A stretch of DNA of 64,000 nucleotides, taken from contig JAHDYR010000004.1 of assembly GCA_019828565.1 (NCBI GenBank), positions 1-64,000 of the forward strand, given 5' to 3'. The notes under the pieces are model-generated. The model saw nothing but the letters and a program-made list of their open reading frames with translations. It searched no databases and was not told the origin of the DNA. The position numbers and the translations under genes are program-made. The stretch's first letter is position 1, and each line of letters opens with the position of its first letter. The DNA is from Carpediemonas membranifera BICM (taxonomy: Eukaryota > Protista > Fornicata). This document shows positions 36,501-47,110 of the stretch, in pieces.

Positions 36501-39359
36501 CGATGCGATGGTTGACCCGTCCGGGGAGACGGCGATGCACCGAACCTTCCCACCATGCTCCATCGTCATCTTGCACACGCCTCGCTTGTCCCACAGCTTG
36601 GTCGTCCCATCCCATGACCCAGTGACCATGGTGCCGTCAGGGAGGAAGGCGACGCTGAACACCGCATCGGTGTGACCCTTCATCGTCTGGATGCACTCAG
36701 CCATCCTCGCATGCCAGGCAGCGAGCAGATCGTCGACGGCGCTGTCGGGCTTGTCGGCGGCCAGCTTGCCATACCTCATCGTGACAGTGAGGTCGGGCTC
36801 AGTCAGCCTCATGCTGAACTCTCTGGGCCGCGCCGAGAGGTGGTCGAGGACGCGGGTGAGGTCGGCGACGGTGCCCTCGAGGCGGACGATGGCCGCGGCC
36901 GGGACAGGCTGGGCGAGGGTCTGGTCGAGGGCGGTGAGCTCGGGAGAGCGACCAAGGGACCACTGCTTGGCGGTGTTGTCCACCGATCCAGAGAGCAGGG
37001 TCGACCCGTCCGGGGAGAATGCGACGCAGCGGACGCAATCGTCATGACCCCTGAGCGTCTCGAAGCACTCGCCGCTGCCGATGCTCCAGAGCTTGGTGGT
37101 GTTGTCCCAAGACCCAGAGGCGAGGGTCCTGCCGTCGGGCGAGAAGGCGACGCTGCGGACAAAGCTCGCGTGCCCCCTGAGGACGGCGACGCACTCCCAG
37201 GTCCTGGTGTCCCAGAGTCTGATGGTCTTGTCGCAAGACCCAGAGGCCAGCAGAGCGCCGTCCGGGGAGATGGCGACGGCGGCGACAGAATTCGTGTGGC
37301 CCTCCAGAGTCTGCTCGAGTCTGCCCGACTCAGCGATCCACACCTTGATTGTCTTGTCCTTTGATCCAGAGACGATGGTCTTGCCGTCGGGGGAGATGGC
37401 GACGGAGAGAACCCAATCTGAGTGCCCTTCCAACGTCCTGCACTCGCCGGTGGCGACGTCCCACGACCTGACTGTCTTGTCCCAGGATCCGGACACCAGC
37501 GTCTTGCCGTCTGGGGAGAATGCGAGGCTCCACACATTATTGGTGTGCCCCTCGAGCGTCTTGACGAGTCTGCCGGACTGGTCCCACAGCTTGATCTTGT
37601 GGTCATCACCGCCCGATGCGATGGTCGACCCGTCCGGGGAGACGGCGATGCACCAAACAGACCCGCCATGCTTCATCGTCGTCTTGCACACGCCTCGCTT
37701 GCCCCACAGCTTGGTCGTCCCATCTGATGACCCAGTGACCATGGTGCCGTCAGGGAGGAAGGCGACGCTGAGCACCTCAGCGGTGTGACCCTTCATCGTC
37801 TGGATGCACTCAGCCATCCTCGCATGCCAGGCAGCGAGCAGATCGTCGACGGCGCTGTCGGGCTTGTCGGCGGCCAGCTTGCCATACCTCATCGTGACAG
37901 TGAGGTCGGGCTCAGTCAGCCTCATGCTGAACTCTCTGGGCCGCGCCGAGAGGTGGTCGAGGACGCGGGTGAGGTCGGCGACGGTGCCCTCGAGGCGGAC
38001 GATGGCCGCGGCCGGGACAGGCTGGGCGAGGGTCTGGTCGAGGGCGGTGAGCTCGGGAGAGCGACCAAGGGACCACTGCTTGGCGGTCTTGTCCTCCGAT
38101 CCAGAGAGCAGCGTCGACCCGTCCGGGGAGAAGGCGACGCAGCGGACCCAATCATCATGACCCCTGAGCGTCTCGAAGCACTCGCCGCTGCCGATGCTCC
38201 AGAGCTTGGTGGTGTTGTCCCAAGACCCAGAGGCGAGGGTCCTGCCGTCGGGCGAGAAGGCGACGCTGCTGACAACATTCGCGTGCCCCCTGAGGACGGC
38301 GACGCACTCCCAGGTCCTGGTGTCCCAGAGTCTGGTGGTCTTGTCGCAAGACCCAGAGGCCAGCAGAGCGCCGTCCGGGGAGATGGCGACGGCGGCGACA
38401 GAATCAGTGTGGCCCTCCAGAGTCTGCTCGAGTCTGCCCGACTCAGCGATCCACACCTTGATTGTCTTGTCATTTGATCCAGAGACGATGGTCTTGCCGT
38501 CGGGGGAGATGGCGACGGAGAGAACCCAATCTGAGTGCCCTTCCAACGTCCTGCACGCGCCGGTGGCGACGTCCCACGACCTGACTGTCTTGTCCCAGGA
38601 TCCGGACACCAGCGTCTTGCCGTCTGGGGAGAATGCGAGGCTGCACACATCCCTGGTGTGCCCCTCGAGCGTCTTGACGAGTCTGCCGCGCCTCCACAGC
38701 TTGATCTTGCGGTCATCACCGCCCGATGCGATGGTTGACCCGTCCGGGGAGACGGCGATACACCGAACCTTCCCACCATGCTCCATCGTCGTCTTGCACA
38801 CGCCGCGCTTGTCCCACAGCTTGGTCGTCCCATCCCATGACCCAGTGACCATGGCGCCGTCAGGGAGGAAGGCGACGCTGAGCACCTCATCGGTGTGACC
38901 CTTCATCGTCTGGATGCACTCAGCCATCCTCGCATTCCAGACAGCGAGCAGATCGTCGACGGCGCTGTCGGGCTTGTCGGCGGCCAGCTTGCCATACCTC
39001 ATCGTGACAGTGAGGTCGGGCTCAGTCAGCCTCATGCTGAACTCTCTGGGCCGCGTCGAGAGGTGGTCGAGGACGCGGGTGAGGTCTGTAGCGGTGAGGG
39101 GCGAGGATCCGATGGGCTTGAGGTGGAGCTTGTCCTCTGGGGCGAAGATGCGCGTCGTGGCGTCTCTGATCATGTCCTCTACTGCTCTGCACTCGCTGCT
39201 GCGTGAGATTCTCGGGGAGGACGCACCATTGCTCAGATCTACTGCGTAAACGCTCTTGAACTCGCCGCGGGCTGCATCTCTGCACCAACGGGATTGGGAA
39301 CGTACCAGCTGCGTAAGTGGGTGGCGTGGAACGAACTTTCTGCATCGTCGCTGATTCAT
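33573..39359 (-). CDS. WD40-array gene C (intact): leader + 3 seven-bladed WD40 propellers + connector + ankyrin repeats + TKL-type Ser/Thr kinase; ORF is open upstream to 40142
   Basis: Uninterrupted 2189-codon ORF; propeller period 1110-1113 bp; complete kinase motifs (IGEGGMAAVF, AVK, HRDLKSLNVL, DFG, WMAPE, DVYAFG). Confidence 0.93.
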   Translation of the reverse strand: MNQRRCRKFVPRHPLTQLVRSQSRWCRDAARGEFKSVYAVDLSNGASSPRISRSSECRAVEDMIRDATTRIFAPEDKLHLKPIGSSPLTATDLTRVLDHLSTRPREFSMRLTEPDLTVTMRYGKLAADKPDSAVDDLLAVWNARMAECIQTMKGHTDEVLSVAFLPDGAMVTGSWDGTTKLWDKRGVCKTTMEHGGKVRCIAVSPDGSTIASGGDDRKIKLWRRGRLVKTLEGHTRDVCSLAFSPDGKTLVSGSWDKTVRSWDVATGACRTLEGHSDWVLSVAISPDGKTIVSGSNDKTIKVWIAESGRLEQTLEGHTDSVAAVAISPDGALLASGSCDKTTRLWDTRTWECVAVLRGHANVVSSVAFSPDGRTLASGSWDNTTKLWSIGSGECFETLRGHDDWVRCVAFSPDGSTLLSGSEDKTAKQWSLGRSPELTALDQTLAQPVPAAAIVRLEGTVADLTRVLDHLSARPREFSMRLTEPDLTVTMRYGKLAADKPDSAVDDLLAAWHARMAECIQTMKGHTAEVLSVAFLPDGTMVTGSSDGTTKLWGKRGVCKTTMKHGGSVWCIAVSPDGSTIASGGDDHKIKLWDQSGRLVKTLEGHTNNVWSLAFSPDGKTLVSGSWDKTVRSWDVATGECRTLEGHSDWVLSVAISPDGKTIVSGSKDKTIKVWIAESGRLEQTLEGHTNSVAAVAISPDGALLASGSCDKTIRLWDTRTWECVAVLRGHASFVRSVAFSPDGRTLASGSWDNTTKLWSIGSGECFETLRGHDDCVRCVAFSPDGSTLLSGSVDNTAKQWSLGRSPELTALDQTLAQPVPAAAIVRLEGTVADLTRVLDHLSARPREFSMRLTEPDLTVTMRYGKLAADKPDSAVDDLLAAWHARMAECIQTMKGHTDAVFSVAFLPDGTMVTGSWDGTTKLWDKRGVCKMTMEHGGKVRCIAVSPDGSTIASGGDDHKIKLWDQTGRLVKTLEGHTNNVWSLAFSPDGKTLVSGSWDKTVRSWDVATGECRTLEGHSDWVLSVAISPDGKTIVSGSKDKTIKVWIAESGRVEQTLEGHTNSVAAVAISPDGALLASGSGDKTIRLWDTRTWECVAVLRGHASFVRSVAFSPDGRTLASGSWDNTTKLWSIGSGECFETLWGHGRDVNSVAFSPEGSTLLSGSVDNTAKQWSSTNSPEIKEVCARPTLGADIRLPSDDSPLYLADLARVVIHILATGLPRSFEMRLAHPECTVSLGPTGFTSSQAADVEALLELLNRHPMLLTLLAETRALDAVDEALYVAADLSDAKRLLAQAESLLAAAGPHATQHEARVLALRTGLARLQPVQALANDPMPALRGRVKEALERSDELHAHIISGDVAKMRSKTLLRSVKFGPVVLNCLDRERRSPLHSAFVHDQPQAFAALLKAGCLLDDAFPDGHPLLAAVAKPPMLAAMLAARVDIDTVSRNTTALVVAIQGGHWDSATKLLARGADPLLPPVGVNALQVVKGVADPLMAGVIRAAINDALTKQLSDAIMQGDTAAVKRLLAAGVSANGVDGKMPPLFAAVKAGNFDIVSLLLKHGADRAAAYKGKTAAQTVKKGSNLQYLLIQDQTPEPLVQPDLNADITKPAGSIAFSQADRIGEGGMAAVFRGTYGGTACAVKVVARADLNAVQADRLQSEIFIHKQLRHSNVVALYALEQDDREIRLALELASGSLSALLLSKADLPWDARLQFARDIAAAMAFIVGEGYEHRDLKSLNVLVANKKAKISDFGLTARLDQRVADVEGSWPWMAPERFDGVGGEKADVYAFGITLWEIAARDIPYRQERLGLDAIRAHVRAGYRPMIPAGTPAAVGELIRRCVAPDPRDRPTFAEVVAALPDSVATEMYTESAVRNHEVDTFANASAPGMMTLSEDERAAALAAMGTVTATYRTNAPSAPGLRTLNDMYR

Positions 39360-40493
39360 CTCGCTGAATTTGGATGGTGTTTGCGACTTTGAGCAGTCCG
39401 ACATCGTGACGTCCCAAAAGTTCGTGTTTGTCCAGGTGTCTCTGGTGGCAGCCATCGTCGAGATGGCGTGACTCGCCGCCCACTGCGGGGTGATGCCGCC
39501 AATCAAATGATGAGCCTCCTTCCTCGGCCCCAGGTCGCACACGACGAGTTGCCTCGATCTGTCTCCCGTCACAGCCACGAGCTTCGTCCCTACAGCCGTG
39601 AGCACGTGGGCGCCCTGCTCTGCGTCGGGCAGGATGTGGTCTCTGTGGGGGTGGCTGTTGAACGAGCCGTTGTTGTGGTACACAACTGCCCCACCGCGCT
39701 CGTCGCCGGCGATGATGTGGCCTTGGGCCGAGAACGAGGCAGCCAGCATTGATCGCTGACACCTATGGTTCGAGAAGACCGTCAGGGGCCGAGTAAGATG
39801 TCTCGCGTCCCACAGCTTGACGGTCGAGTCCCGACCCGAGCTGAGTATCTCCCCATGCGGCGAGACGTCGAGAGTGTTGAGAGCATGTCGGTGTGCCCTC
39901 ACAGCCTCACCCCAGGTATCGGCGCGAGGGTCGTAGAGGCTAAAGTACCCGGCCCTGTTAGTAACAACCAGGCTGGGGTCGGCGGTGTCGCCATGGAGCT
40001 GTCTGATGGCGGAGGGGCCGGTGCTCACCCCGATGGATGGCATGTGTGAGATGGAAGCACGCGAGGACAGCCGCATGCTGTGGACGTCCCGGGAGACTAT
40101 CGTGCCGTCGATCAGGCCATGTAGAGGCGAGGCAGCGGCCAAAGGATTTACCGTCTAGTGAAGCTCATCTGCGTGGCTGTGGGCGTGTTCATGAAGCTCT
40201 GCTCGTACCCGCCCCGCTGCCCGAGCACGGTCGCCACGCCCATGACGGAGCCGGCAGTCATCGCCTTGGAAAGGGCGTTCGAGCGCTTCCCGCCGAACAC
40301 AAGGCCTGACGCCTCGTAGAGGAGGTCTCGGCTCTTCCCGCCGGGGGTGTGTCCAAGGTACCGCTTGAACCCAGAGGAGAGCTTCTCGTCGGGGGTCTCC
40401 TCCGCGGCAGTGGTGCTCGCCGCACGCTCGAGAATGGACCGCCTGAGCAACGCGTCCTTGTTCTCGTACTCCTTCAGCCTCTTGTCGAGCTCC
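39360..40493 (-). pseudogene. Third, 5'-truncated copy of WD40 gene 'W'
   Basis: Matches ~29150-30290; homology ends abruptly at 40493, where gene D sequence begins. Confidence 0.75.
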
Positions 40494-43104
40494 CTTCGGG
40501 GCGAGTCAGCCTCATCGCGAATGAGGTGGGCAAGGTCTCCCGCCTCAGCAGGAGGCCAGCCACGGTCTTCAGGTCGCCAATCGTGAGCGGCGCGTGCTCG
40601 CCCAGCTTGATTCGGTAATCACTCGAGATTGACCCAAGATTCGCCTTCAGGAAGCTGAAAGAGTTCAGCACCTCGGCCACGGCATCCGAGTCCGGGGTGA
40701 CGACGAAGCGACCTTGCTGCAGGGTGACGGTGGCGGCTGGGTCGTCGAGCTGAACCTCGAATGAGCGGGGCGCGACCCTAGAGGCCTCGACGCGCGCGAG
40801 GAGCTTCTTCAGCGCGGGCAGGTCGGCGTGGGTGACTCTGATCGCGGTCTTGGCCGTGACCGCTTGGGCGCAGACTCTAGCAACTGCTGCGTCGAGTCTA
40901 AGATGGTTGAGCGGCAGTAGGGCGGCGGCGATCTTGTCATCCGCGGGCGAGACTGAGATGAAGCCGTTAGGGTCCATGACGGCGGTGGACGCGGCAGGCA
41001 GGGCGATCCCGGCGTCGGCGCAGGCCTGGGCGACCAGCTTGTTGAGGCGACTCTGGTTGAGCGGGGCGAGTAGGCCGCGAACCTCGGAGTTTGATGGGGT
41101 CTCAAAGAAGAGGCCATCATCCATGCTGACAGCGACAGGTGGGTGGGCCAGCCTCATCTCGAAGGAGCGGGGCAGGCCCGTGGCGAGGATGTGGATGACG
41201 ACCCGCGCCAGGTCGGCGAGGTAGAGGGGCGAGTCGTCGGACGGCAGGCGGATGTCGGCGCCGAGCGTGGGTTGGGCGCAGACCTCCTCGATCTCTGGCG
41301 ACTTGATGGAGGACCACTGCTTGGCGGTGTTGTCCACCGATCCAGAGAGCAGGGTCGACCCGTCCGGGGAGAATGCGACGCAGCGGACGCAATCGTCATG
41401 ACCCCTGAGCGTCTCGAAGCACTCGCCGCTGCCGATGCTCCAGAGCTTGATGGTGTTGTCACCAGACCCAGAGGCGAGGGTCCTGCCGTCGGGCGAGAAG
41501 GCGACGCTGAAGACAAAGCTCGCGTGCCCCCTGAGGACGGCGACGCACTCCCAGGTCCTGGTGTCCCAGAGTCTGATGGTCTTGTCGCCAGACCCAGAGG
41601 CCAGCAGAGCGCCGTCCGGGGAGATGGCGACGGCGGCGACAGAATTCGTGTGGCCCTCCAGAGTCTGCTCGACTCTGCCCGACTCAGCGATCCACACCTT
41701 GATTGTCTTGTCCTTTGATCCAGAGACGATGGTCTTGCCGTCGGGGGAGATGGCGACGGAGAGAACCCAATCTGAGTGCCCTTCCAACGTCCTGCACTCG
41801 CCGGTGGCGACGTCCCACGACCTGACTGTCTTGTCATCGGATCCGGACACCAGCGTCTTGCCGTCTGGGGAGAATGCGAGGCTGCACACATCCCTGGTGT
41901 GCCCCTCGAGCGTCTTGACGAGTCTGCCGCGCCTCCACAGCTTGATCTTGCGGTCATCACCGCCCGATGCGATGGTTGACCCGTCCGGGGAGACGGCGAT
42001 GCACCGAACAGCCCCGCCATGCTCCATCGTCGTGCACACGCCTCGCTTGCCCCACAGCTTGGTCGTCCCATCCCATGACCCAGTGACCATGGCGCCGTCA
42101 GGGAGGAAGGCGACGCTGAGCACCTCAGCGGTGTGACCCTTCATCGTCTGGATGCACTCAGCCATCCTCGCATGCCAGGCAGCGAGCAGATCGTCGACGG
42201 CGCTGTCGGGCTTGTCGGCGGCCAGCTTGCCATACCTCATCGTGACAGTGAGGTCGGGCTCAGTCAGCCTCATGCTGAACTCTCTGGGCCGCGCCGAGAG
42301 GTGGTCGAGGACGCGGGTGAGGTCGGCGACGGTGCCCTCGAGGCGGACGATGGCCGCGGCCGGGACAGGCTGGACGAGGGTCTGGTCGAGGGCGGTGAGC
42401 TCGGGAGAGCGACCAAGTGACCACTGCTTGGCGGTTTTGTCGTCAGATCCAGAGAGCAGGGTCGACCCGTCCGGGGAGAAGGCGACGCTGTTCACATCAT
42501 CGTCATGGCCCCAGAGCGTCTCGAAGCACTCGCCGCTGCCGATGCTCCAGAGCTTGGTGGTGTTGTCCCAAGACCCAGAGGCAAGGGTCCTGCCGTCGGG
42601 CGAGAAGGCGACGCTGCTGACAACATTCGTGTGCCCCCTGAGGACGGCGACGCACTCCCAGGTCCTGGTGTCCCAGATTCTGATGGTGCTGTCCCATGAC
42701 CCAGAGGCCAGAAGAGCGCCGTCCGGAGAGATGGCGACGGAGAAGACAGAATTCGTGTGGCCCTCCAGAGTCTGCCCGACTCAGCGATCCACACCTTGAT
42801 TGTCTTGTCCTTTGATCCAGAGACGATGGTCTTGCCGTCGGGGGAGATGGCGACGGAGAGAACCCAATCTGAGTGCCCTTCCATCGTCCTGCACTCGCCG
42901 GTGGCGACGTCCCACGACCTGACTGTCTTGTCATCGGATCCGGACACCAGCGTCTTGCCGTCTGGGGAGAATGCGAGGCTCCACACATTATTGGTGTGTC
43001 CCTCGAGCGTCTTGACGAGTCTGCCGGTCTGGTCCCACAGCTTGATCTTGCTGTCAGTCCCACCCGAGGCGATGGTCGACCCGTCCGGGGAGACGGCGAT
43101 GCAC
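40474..43104 (-). pseudogene. WD40-array gene D: partial + complete propeller followed by tandem connector-type domains; 5' end replaced by a retrotransposon, 3' end fused to W
   Basis: ORFs 42492-43169 and 40474-42495; 10-bp deletion at ~42770; connector motifs PRSFEMRLAHP, PRSFEVQLDDP and PTSFAMRLTRP. Confidence 0.8.
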
Positions 43105-46100
43105 ACTACAGACACTTCCGTGTCTCCTGTATGTCGCCTGATCTTCCGCCTTATTATAGCCCTCTTCATACGCCTGTTTCGGGCTGTTCCCGCCTAGGAC
43201 GGCCATGGGCTTGTTCGCCAGTCTCTCCTCCACCAGCGGTACTAACGGCACCCAATTCATCGTCCTCGCCTCATGTGTCGCCTGTTCCAGCATCCTGCGA
43301 ACCATCTGATTCCTGTTCTCCACCACACCGTTCGACTGGTGGTTCCCCGGTGTCGTCGTCCTGACCCTACTCCCTCGGCTTTGAGCCCACTCCTTGAACT
43401 CCTGGGCCGCGAACTGGGTACCAGCATCACTCGGGATCAGCCCCGCCTTGGGCAAATCCTGCATGGCGCGAATTGCCTCCGCGGCTGACGTCGTTACCAT
43501 CGGTCTCAACCAGACCCTGCGGGTCGCCCCGTCGACCACAGTTAAGATGTGTTTGTACTCGTCGTGCCCCTTCGGTATCTTCATCGCGTCGACGAATTGT
43601 ACGTCGTCTTTCTTTCTCCCCTTCACCACCACCCCTTTGTCCCAACGGGCTGCCTGCTCGGGGTGTGGTCTAACCTTCTGTGCCGCCAGCGATTCCGGCT
43701 CCGGGCCTGACCATGCTACCTCTTCCCGTTCCGGTTCGGGTTGACCCCAATTCTCCGGCGCAGGCTCAGGTGTCACTTCCTGCTCGTCCGCTCCAACCTG
43801 TGCTTCCTGTCTCGCCTTCATTCGCCTCGTCAGCACCGCCATGACTCTTTTCGGGAATCTCGAGAGTGCGTCGGCCACCTCGTTGTCTTCACCCCTGACG
43901 TACTGAATAGTGACATCGAACTCAGCATGCATCTCCGTGAACCACCGTGCCAACAACTCGTTTTCTGACTGCTCCATCGCTTTCCCAGTCAATGGCTTGT
44001 GGTCGGTGAAAACAGTCACCTTCCGTCCGGTTAGCAACTTCTTCATCTTCCGCAGTGCGCTTCTGATCGCAAATGCCTCCTTGACCGTCGTCGGCCATCT
44101 CTCCCGTGACGAGTCTGGTTTGAAACCATCCGACATATACATCACCGGGTAGTCAACCCCTTCCCTTCGCGTGTACAGCACCCCGATCCATCGCACCCCG
44201 ATGCCGTGACCACACGCGTCAGAGAGAGAGACGTCAGTCAGTCAGTCAGTCAGTGTACAACGTTAACTGCTCTTCCGGTCTGGGGATGGCTAGCACTACT
44301 TCGCAACTGATCGCCTGCTTCAGTCGTTCAAACGCCCCTTGCTCCTCGTCGTTCCATGACCACTCGACCCCGTCTGCCAGCAGTCGGTTGAGGGGCCTCT
44401 CCAGTGTGGCGCAGTGGGGGATTGTGTCGCGAACCCAGTTGACCGAACCCAGGAACCCCCTCAACGTCGATTTGTCCTTCGGTGTTGGGATGGCTCTAAT
44501 GTCGTCTTCCCTACTCTGGGATATCCTCCTCCCCTTGTCACTTATGACCCACCCGAGGTACTCAATCTCATCAGCGTCCACGATACACTTCTCCTGGTTG
44601 AGGCCAACCGAATGTTGCGCCAACCGTATGGCAACTTCCGCCAAGTTGCTTCGGTATGCATCCTCCGTCTCGCCGAACACCACAATGTCGTCTATGTACA
44701 CGACACAAGCCCGCCATAAGAGGTCAGACAGTATGCCCTCCATGGTCTGCTGCATGAAGATCGCCGCGTTCTTCAGACCGAATGGCATCCTAGCCCACTC
44801 GTAGTGCCCGGACTTCGTCGAGAATGCCGTGTACTTGGTCGCCTTCCGGTCGCCTCTTCCCTTAACTTCACTCGATGAAACGCCGACTTGAGGTCGAGCA
44901 CTGCATACCGCCGCATACCAGCCAGTACCCCGAGAATCTGGGTTATGTCCGGCAGCTTATACTCCATGTCCTCCGTCATCTCGTTCAGCCGCCGGAAATC
45001 AACGCACACTCTAAGTGCCCCGCCCTTCTTGGTTGCCGGTACCACCCGCGATGAGTATGCCGATGTTGACGGTCGGATGACTCCCTGATTGAGCATCTCA
45101 GACACTTGTCGCTCGACCTCCTTCTCTGTCTCCACGTTGAAGGACCGTCTCGGGACATGGAATCGAGTGTCTTCTGTCGTGATGATATCGAACTCCGGGA
45201 TGCCCGTCATGGCGGTGCCTTCTCTCCCACAACGGAAGCACCACTCCAGGCACTCCTCCAATGACTTGCCCTGCATGGTACCCTGAATCTTGTCCCACCT
45301 GACATCCGCCGGACTCACGAGGCCTAAGGCTACCGTGTCGCGCCATGACCTGCCTCTCTTGCGACGTCCCGCCGGATTAATGATATCTCTGCGTTGGAAT
45401 CAATGGCCACCGACCGTGTGCGACCCCACAGCAACACTTCGTGAACCAGACGTGTGTCCTTCGTATTCGAGGGTGACTCTAAATCAATAAATACGAAATA
45501 CTTTGAACCCTTTACCAGCGGGCAATCCGCCTTGCGGTGCCCCGGTTGCCGGCAAAGGTGGCACACGTCGGTGGGGAACGGACACTTGTCACTCCTGTGA
45601 TCCGTCCCCCCACACCGAAAACAGTACTGGCCCGCCTGACCAGACTGCCGCTCCGTCTTCTTCTCCCGCCCCATGCTGACCCCGTTGCGGGCGGCCAGCA
45701 TTTTGGCCTCAGCCTGTTCTCGTATCTTGATCCTGAGGACCGCGATCGCCTCGGCGATCGAGGTGGCAGCCAGCACCTCAGCCTCCACCTCCTCGCGCAG
45801 TTGCTCCCCGCGTATAGCCTCCAGGACGATCTTCATGACCTTCGTCCGGGCCTTGATCACCTCAAGACCTAACACTGCCACCATCGCTTGCATCTTTCGA
45901 GCATATTCTCCCACGCCCCGCGTGGTCAACTCCGTGAGCTTAACCGACGCCAGATATGCAAGCTTCACCTCGCTCGACGAAGGCCGGACCGCCAATCTTG
46001 CTGCCTCCTTCCAGCGCGCATCAAGCTCTCTGTTGCGCTTACGTCTTGCCTCTCTAGCCGTACGCCTGGCCTGTGTTATTGCATCGTCGTCTGAGTTGTC

Positions 46101-46361
46101 TTCCTCTCCGTCGAATGAGCCGTCCACCGCATAAGCATCGTCCATGATGTCGTCCACGCCGCCGAACGTGAGAATGTCCGCCTTAACATCCCCCGCAATG
46201 TGGGTGTGAGCCGGAACGTACCTGCCACCACGCCGCAGCCTGTATTTCACGCACTCGATCTCGTAATCAACAACTTCGTCTACGGATAGCATCTCCAAGA
46301 CAGGATGTTTGTCTCCACTTTGCTGCTCTTCACTTTTCCCCATTGATTGGTTGTTCGAACA
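43105..46361 (-). mobile_element. Second, distinct Ty3/gypsy retrotransposon, 3'-truncated after the integrase core
   Basis: Gag with two CCHC knuckles (CFRCGGTDHRSDKC, CHLCRQPGHRKADC); protease-like VAIDSNAEISLI; RT (LRVCVDFRRLN, LDLKSAFH, MPFGLKNA, YIDD); RNase H (LYTD, KEAFAI, TDHKPL, ADALSR); integrase (SDAGTQF, SNGVVENRN). No second LTR or TSD found. Confidence 0.9.
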
Positions 46362-46373
46362 TCTTCATCAACC

Positions 46374-47110
46374 ATGGACCAGGATCTCTCTTCGGAGGAG
46401 AAAATTGAGAAAACGATCACGGCCAAGTATCTCAGCGAAGAACTGGTGAAGACACAGGCACGTCTCCAACAGCAGCAGACGTTGTCGAGATCCAGGAATC
46501 CCTCGAGCACCGCCTCGCCAAGAAGGAAAAGGAGCTTGCAGACGTTCAGGCTAAGCTTGCTCGCGAGCGGGAGGAGAATGAGAAGAATCTGGAAACCCTA
46601 GAGGCGTCGTCGACCCAATTCCGCGCCGAGGCTTCCGCTGCTCAGAGCAGGCTGGCCAGCGAGAGTTCGAAGGTGAACGAGTTGCAGCAGCAAGTTGATG
46701 GGCTAGCGAAGGCCCGTGATGAGCTTCAGCGCGAGTCGCAGCGCCGAATCACCACACTCGAAAGCGCGCTTGAAGTCTCCCAAAAGGACGCCGCCACCCG
46801 TATCGGAAAGCTCAAGGGCGAGCTCGAAGCAGCCCACAACGCCTGTCATGCAGCGAAGGTAGAGCTTCACGCCGCTACTACCACTATTGAGATCCTCCAG
46901 AAGCGCGCTCGGACGGTCGAGACGGAGCACACCAAGGAGATCGACGAGCTCCGCACGGCCCTCCAACACAGCAGTGCAGACGCCCAGACTCGGCTTGAAA
47001 ACGCCAACGGCCGCCTGACCGAGACGGAGGAGTCATACAGGGCCGAACTCAAGCGTGTCGTCGTGGAGAAGAAGGGCTTGGAAGTCGAGGCAGCCAAGGT
47101 TCCCGGGCTC
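46374..47110 (+). pseudogene. Truncated duplicate of the coiled-coil gene (9935-10678)
   Basis: Near-identical to 9924-10678, with a small deletion at ~46483; homology stops at ...caaggttcccgggctc. Confidence 0.85.

Noticed and set aside
35840-39050. CRISPR-like or non-coding tandem array
   Set aside because: The 1.11-kb repeats are in-frame WD40 coding units, with no short repeat-spacer structure.
23420-43104. Diversity-generating retroelement (RT next to variable repeats)
   Set aside because: Both RTs are ordinary Ty3/gypsy pol genes with RNase H and integrase. The variation is not adenine-specific and there is no invariant template repeat.
44180-44255. (AG)n/(CAGT)n microsatellite and short duplication at the RNase H catalytic LYTD motif of the second retroelement
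   Set aside because: The stutter pattern fits a basecalling artefact or local slippage in a dead element; there is no evidence of function.
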